This document shows, one piece after another, positions 60,606-64,000 of a DNA stretch of 64,000 bases. Origin of the DNA: Desulfotomaculum sp. (GTDB lineage: Bacteria; Bacillota; Desulfotomaculia; Desulfotomaculales; Nap2-2B); assembly GCA_003485325.1 (NCBI GenBank), contig DMZI01000035.1:68-64067 (forward strand). The letters are read 5' to 3'. The translations under genes and the position numbers were made by a program. The first letter of the stretch is position 1. The number at the start of each line of letters is the position of its first letter. Below the pieces are notes generated by a model. It was not told the origin of the DNA and did not search any database. It saw nothing but the letters and a program-made list of their open reading frames with translations.

Positions 60606-61349
60606 TTACACTGCCATACCACCATCTACTATAATGGTCTGGCCGGTTATATAGCTTGCCGCATCGCTGGCCAGGAAAACTGCTGCCGAACCTATTTCTT
60701 CCGGCCTTCCCAGGCGCCCCAGGGCAATACGGGAGAGCATCTTCTCCCTGAAGGCTTCCGGAAGGCTTTGCGTCATGTCAGTTTCAATGTATCCTGGAGC
60801 AATTGCATTTACAGTAATCTTTCTTGAACCCAGTTCCTGCGCAACCGATTTCGTAAATGCAATCAGTCCGCCTTTGCTGGCTGCGTAGTTTGCCTGACCG
60901 ACATTTCCTGTATAAGCAATAATGGAACTAATGTTAATTATACGTCCCCATTTTGCTTTGAGCATTGGGCGTATAACGGCTCTTACGCAGTTAAAGGCGC
61001 CTTTGAGATTGATCGAAAGAACGCTGTCCCAATCTTCGTCGCGAAGCGACACAACCAGGTTATCACGGGTAACGCCGGCGTTGTTAACCAGGATATCTAC
61101 CCGTCCCAACTGTTTTACGGCGAATTGGATCATTGACGAGGCCTGCTCCGGATCAGCAACGTTTGCCCGGTGGGCAATTGCCTGACGGCCCAGTTTTTTA
61201 ATGTCGCTGCATACCTTTTCTGCAGCCTCTGCGTCATTAGTATAATTAACCAGCACATCCGCACCTGACTCGGCCAGGGAAATTGCTATTGCGCGTCCTA
61301 TGCCCCTGGAGGCCCCTGTAACAACAGCCTTTTTGCCGTTAAGGACCAT
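60606..61349 (-). CDS. fabG: 3-oxoacyl-ACP reductase
   Basis: SDR with TGASRGIG and the YAASK catalytic motif. The start is set at ATG 61349 (MVLNGKKAVVTG), which avoids overlap with fabD. Confidence 0.93.
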   Translation of the reverse strand: MVLNGKKAVVTGASRGIGRAIAISLAESGADVLVNYTNDAEAAEKVCSDIKKLGRQAIAHRANVADPEQASSMIQFAVKQLGRVDILVNNAGVTRDNLVVSLRDEDWDSVLSINLKGAFNCVRAVIRPMLKAKWGRIINISSIIAYTGNVGQANYAASKGGLIAFTKSVAQELGSRKITVNAIAPGYIETDMTQSLPEAFREKMLSRIALGRLGRPEEIGSAAVFLASDAASYITGQTIIVDGGMAV

Positions 61350-61350
61350 T

Positions 61351-62289
61351 TTAGCTGACCTCCCCGGGTTGCGTAAGTATTTTTTCAATTGATTCCGGGT
61401 TCTCGGTATTTGCTGTAGAAGCTTTCCTGCTTATTTTCTTCAGAAGGCCGGTTAAAACATTTCCGGGACCTGCTTCTATAAAAGCTTTAAAGTCATTTAC
61501 CAGCCGGACCATGCTTTCTTCCCAACGAACAGGACTGTATACCTGTTCAACAAGAAGCCTTCTGACTTCATCCCCTTTTGTAACGTAATCTGCTGTAACG
61601 TTAGCTACAACTGGTATTTTGGGGTCCTTAATCTCAATGGCGGCCAGTTCGGCGGCCATTTTATCCCCAGCCGGACGCAAAAGAGTGGAATGAAAAGGCG
61701 CGCTTACGGCTAGCGGAATACATCTTTTTGCCCCTGCTTCTTTGGCCAGGATTTTGGCCCTTTCCAAAGCCTGATTTTCACCGGCGATAACCACCTGTCC
61801 GGGGCAGTTAAAATTGGCTGCGTCAACAATCTTACCTTCAGATCTTACCTCACTGCAAACCCGTATAATTTCAGGCGCATCAAGGCCCAGAACAGCCACC
61901 ATGCCGCCCGTGCCCAGCGGTACCGTTTCCTGCATATATTGACCCCTTTTGCGTACAAGCCTGACGCCGTCAGCAAAGGAAATTGATCCTGCGGTTACAA
62001 GGGCGCTGTATTCTCCAAGACTATGGCCTGCAACTGCGGACGGTTCAATACCTCTTTCCAGCAGTATCCTGGCGCAGGCTACACTTACTGTAAAGATTGC
62101 CGGCTGTGCGTTAATGGTTTTTTGAAGTTCCTCTTCAGGTCCTTCAAAACACAGGCCGCTTAAGGAAAAGCCTAAAATCTCATCCGCTGTTTCAAAAATC
62201 TCCCTCACCGCGGGATACTGATCGTATATTTTTTTACCCATACCGGCGTATTGTGCGCCTTGTCCGGGAAAGAGAAAAACTGCTTTCAT
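61351..62289 (-). CDS. fabD: Malonyl CoA-ACP transacylase
   Basis: 312-aa ORF with the motifs FLFPGQGAQ and GHSLGEYSAL. Confidence 0.95.
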   Translation of the reverse strand: MKAVFLFPGQGAQYAGMGKKIYDQYPAVREIFETADEILGFSLSGLCFEGPEEELQKTINAQPAIFTVSVACARILLERGIEPSAVAGHSLGEYSALVTAGSISFADGVRLVRKRGQYMQETVPLGTGGMVAVLGLDAPEIIRVCSEVRSEGKIVDAANFNCPGQVVIAGENQALERAKILAKEAGAKRCIPLAVSAPFHSTLLRPAGDKMAAELAAIEIKDPKIPVVANVTADYVTKGDEVRRLLVEQVYSPVRWEESMVRLVNDFKAFIEAGPGNVLTGLLKKISRKASTANTENPESIEKILTQPGEVS

Positions 62290-63227
62290 CTGTTAACTTC
62301 ACCACCTATTGGAGCCAGATTTTGAAGTATTTTAGCGGCGCCCTGGACAACATCCAGAATTATTTCACGGGCGGTTTGAATTTCTTTAACCATTGCCGAC
62401 ACCTGGCCGGCCATAACTGATCCGTGATCTGTATCCCCTTCTGCCATTGCAGCCTGAAGGCGTCCCACGCCCAGCTTTTCCACTTCTTCCGCGGGTGCGC
62501 AGCGGCTTTCCAATTCCTCGTATTTTCTGGTCAGTTTGTTCCGGAGCACACGCACGGGATGGCCTATACTATGGCCTGTAACAATAGTATCCCTGTCCTT
62601 TGCCTTAATGATCATTTGCTTGACATTGGGATGGATGGTACATTCTTCTGCACACATGAAGCGGGTGCCCATCTGGACTCCGACAGCTCCCAGGCATAAT
62701 GCCGCAGCCAAACCGCGGCCGTCAAAAATTCCGCCGGCAGCAATTACAGGTTTCTGAACTGCTTCCACTACCTGGGGAACAAGAGCCATTGTCCCAAGGT
62801 CGCCCACGTGCCCACCGCTTTCCATGCCTTCGGCAATAATAGCGTTAACCCCGTTGCGGACCAGACGTTTGGCTAGAGCTACGGACGATACTACAGGAAT
62901 TACCTTGACGCCCGCGCCCTGTAAATCTGGAAGATACTTGCCGGGGTTGCCTGCTCCGGTAGTAATTACATGTACCTTTTCCTCGATGATTATCCTGAGG
63001 ACATCTTCAGCATACGGGGAAAGCAGCAGAACATTAACACCGAAAGGTTTATTTGTCAACTCCTTGGCTAATCGGACCTGTTCCCGCACCCAACTTGCTT
63101 CGGCAGTACCGGAACCAATTATTCCAAGGCCACCGGCCTCACTCACAGCAGCAGCCAGATGGGCTGTAGATACCCAGGCCATTCCTCCCTGGATAACCGG
63201 GTATTCAATTCCTAAAAGATCGCACAA
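62286..63227 (-). CDS. fabK: Enoyl-ACP reductase II (FabK; nitronate monooxygenase fold)
   Basis: 313-aa ORF with the FMN-binding TIM barrel pattern (YPVIQGGMAWVS, GGHVG). Its position inside the fab operon supports the call. Confidence 0.88.
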   Translation of the reverse strand: MCDLLGIEYPVIQGGMAWVSTAHLAAAVSEAGGLGIIGSGTAEASWVREQVRLAKELTNKPFGVNVLLLSPYAEDVLRIIIEEKVHVITTGAGNPGKYLPDLQGAGVKVIPVVSSVALAKRLVRNGVNAIIAEGMESGGHVGDLGTMALVPQVVEAVQKPVIAAGGIFDGRGLAAALCLGAVGVQMGTRFMCAEECTIHPNVKQMIIKAKDRDTIVTGHSIGHPVRVLRNKLTRKYEELESRCAPAEEVEKLGVGRLQAAMAEGDTDHGSVMAGQVSAMVKEIQTAREIILDVVQGAAKILQNLAPIGGEVNR

Positions 63228-63259
63228 ACTTGTATGGATTGGACACGCCTCCTTAAAAG

Positions 63260-64000
63260 CTAGTTGTGGTTCCGGTAATCATACCATTTCATTACCAAGG
63301 CGCCCCAGGTAAGGCCGGCCCCAAAACTGGCCATAACTATATGCTGACCGTCGTTTATCTTCTCTTCCTGTAAAGACTCGTACAGGGCCAGCGGGAGCGT
63401 TGCCGAGGAAGTGTTCCCATAACGATCAACATTTACTGCCACTTTATCAAGAGGTACGTTTAAACGTTTGGCGGCTGTTTCAATTATGCGCAGGTTTGCC
63501 TGGTGAGGAATCAGAAAATCCAAATCACTGCGGGTTAACCCTGCCTCTTCCAAAACATCCAGGCAGCATTCTTCAATGTTCCTGACGGCAAATTTAAAGA
63601 CCTCCCTGCCGTTCATATGTAAAAAGTGAAGCTTTTTTTCTAATGTCTCTTTTGATGCCGGAAACTGGGTCATTCCGCCGGGCAGGGTTAACAGATGGGC
63701 GCCTGAACCGTCTGATCTTATGCTGCTGGAGAGGATCCCGTACCCTTCCGGAACCGGGCCCATAATTACAGCCCCGGCTGCATCGCCAAAAAGGATGCAC
63801 GTATTGCGGTCCTCCCAGTTAATTACCCTTGACATGCATTCGGCTCCGATTAAAAGTATCCTTTTGCAGAAGCCGCTTACAATAAATTGACTTGCAATTA
63901 CCATTCCATAAAGAAAAGAAGTGCATCCGGCCTGCAGGTCAAATGCTCCCACTTTACGCGCCCCGATTTTATCCTGTACCAGACAGGCGGTGGCGGGAAA
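63260..64000 (-). CDS. fabH: Beta-ketoacyl-ACP synthase III, 3' part (the gene runs off the window edge)
   Basis: It has the catalytic triad context AGCTSFLYG, PHQANLRI and YGNTSSAT. The frame stays open from 63953 to 64000 and encodes FPATACLVQDKIGARKVGAFDL, so the true start lies beyond the window. Confidence 0.92.
   Translation of the reverse strand, partial: FPATACLVQDKIGARKVGAFDLQAGCTSFLYGMVIASQFIVSGFCKRILLIGAECMSRVINWEDRNTCILFGDAAGAVIMGPVPEGYGILSSSIRSDGSGAHLLTLPGGMTQFPASKETLEKKLHFLHMNGREVFKFAVRNIEECCLDVLEEAGLTRSDLDFLIPHQANLRIIETAAKRLNVPLDKVAVNVDRYGNTSSATLPLALYESLQEEKINDGQHIVMASFGAGLTWGALVMKWYDYRNHN

Overview
By gene content this looks like a chromosomal segment of a spore-forming anaerobic Firmicute (Clostridia, Peptococcaceae or Desulfotomaculum-like). 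That placement is inference only. Most of the window is core metabolism and housekeeping, in this order. First come rapZ, whiA and rpoN, with a polysaccharide deacetylase where yvcK normally sits. An IS1634-family element is inserted 20 nt upstream of the gap start codon of the gap-pgk-tpiA-gpmI-eno operon. Next are a LysE exporter, a LigB/AMMECR1 fusion with its radical SAM partner, a cofE-like/pdaD pair, cell-wall genes (amj, an L,D-transpeptidase, an amidase), recO, glyQS and ccpN-PDRP-ppdK. A decayed accessory stretch of about 9 kb follows (27.9-36.9 kb). It holds four pseudogenes or gene fragments, the oxidative-stress genes dfx, rbr and Hrb, an SCP2 pair, and SLH-Fn3 and PKD surface proteins, and it ends at a stand-alone tRNA-Trp. 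After that come UPF0182, pfkA, a GT4 glycosyltransferase, an orphan pstCA pair behind Pho boxes, a methylmalonyl-CoA:pyruvate transcarboxylase operon, lexA, ynbB and spoVK. The window closes with a SAM by-product salvage cluster (two mtnP, mtnA, a class II aldolase, ahcY, apt), then ftsY, rnc and the fabH-fabK-fabD-fabG-acpP-fabF cluster. I see no CRISPR array, rRNA, prophage or recognisable defence module. The most unusual signal is an unclassified non-coding element present in three places (31-269, 33271-33309, 55359-55520). Each copy lies just 5' of a gene and is co-oriented with it. One copy is bracketed by a perfect 13-bp direct repeat. Other oddities: the PDRP gene has its conserved N-terminus upstream of any canonical start codon, ppdK has a sharply atypical composition, and there are several unannotated or Cys-rich small ORFs. 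All calls come from reading the sequence and the ORF track. No database search was run.
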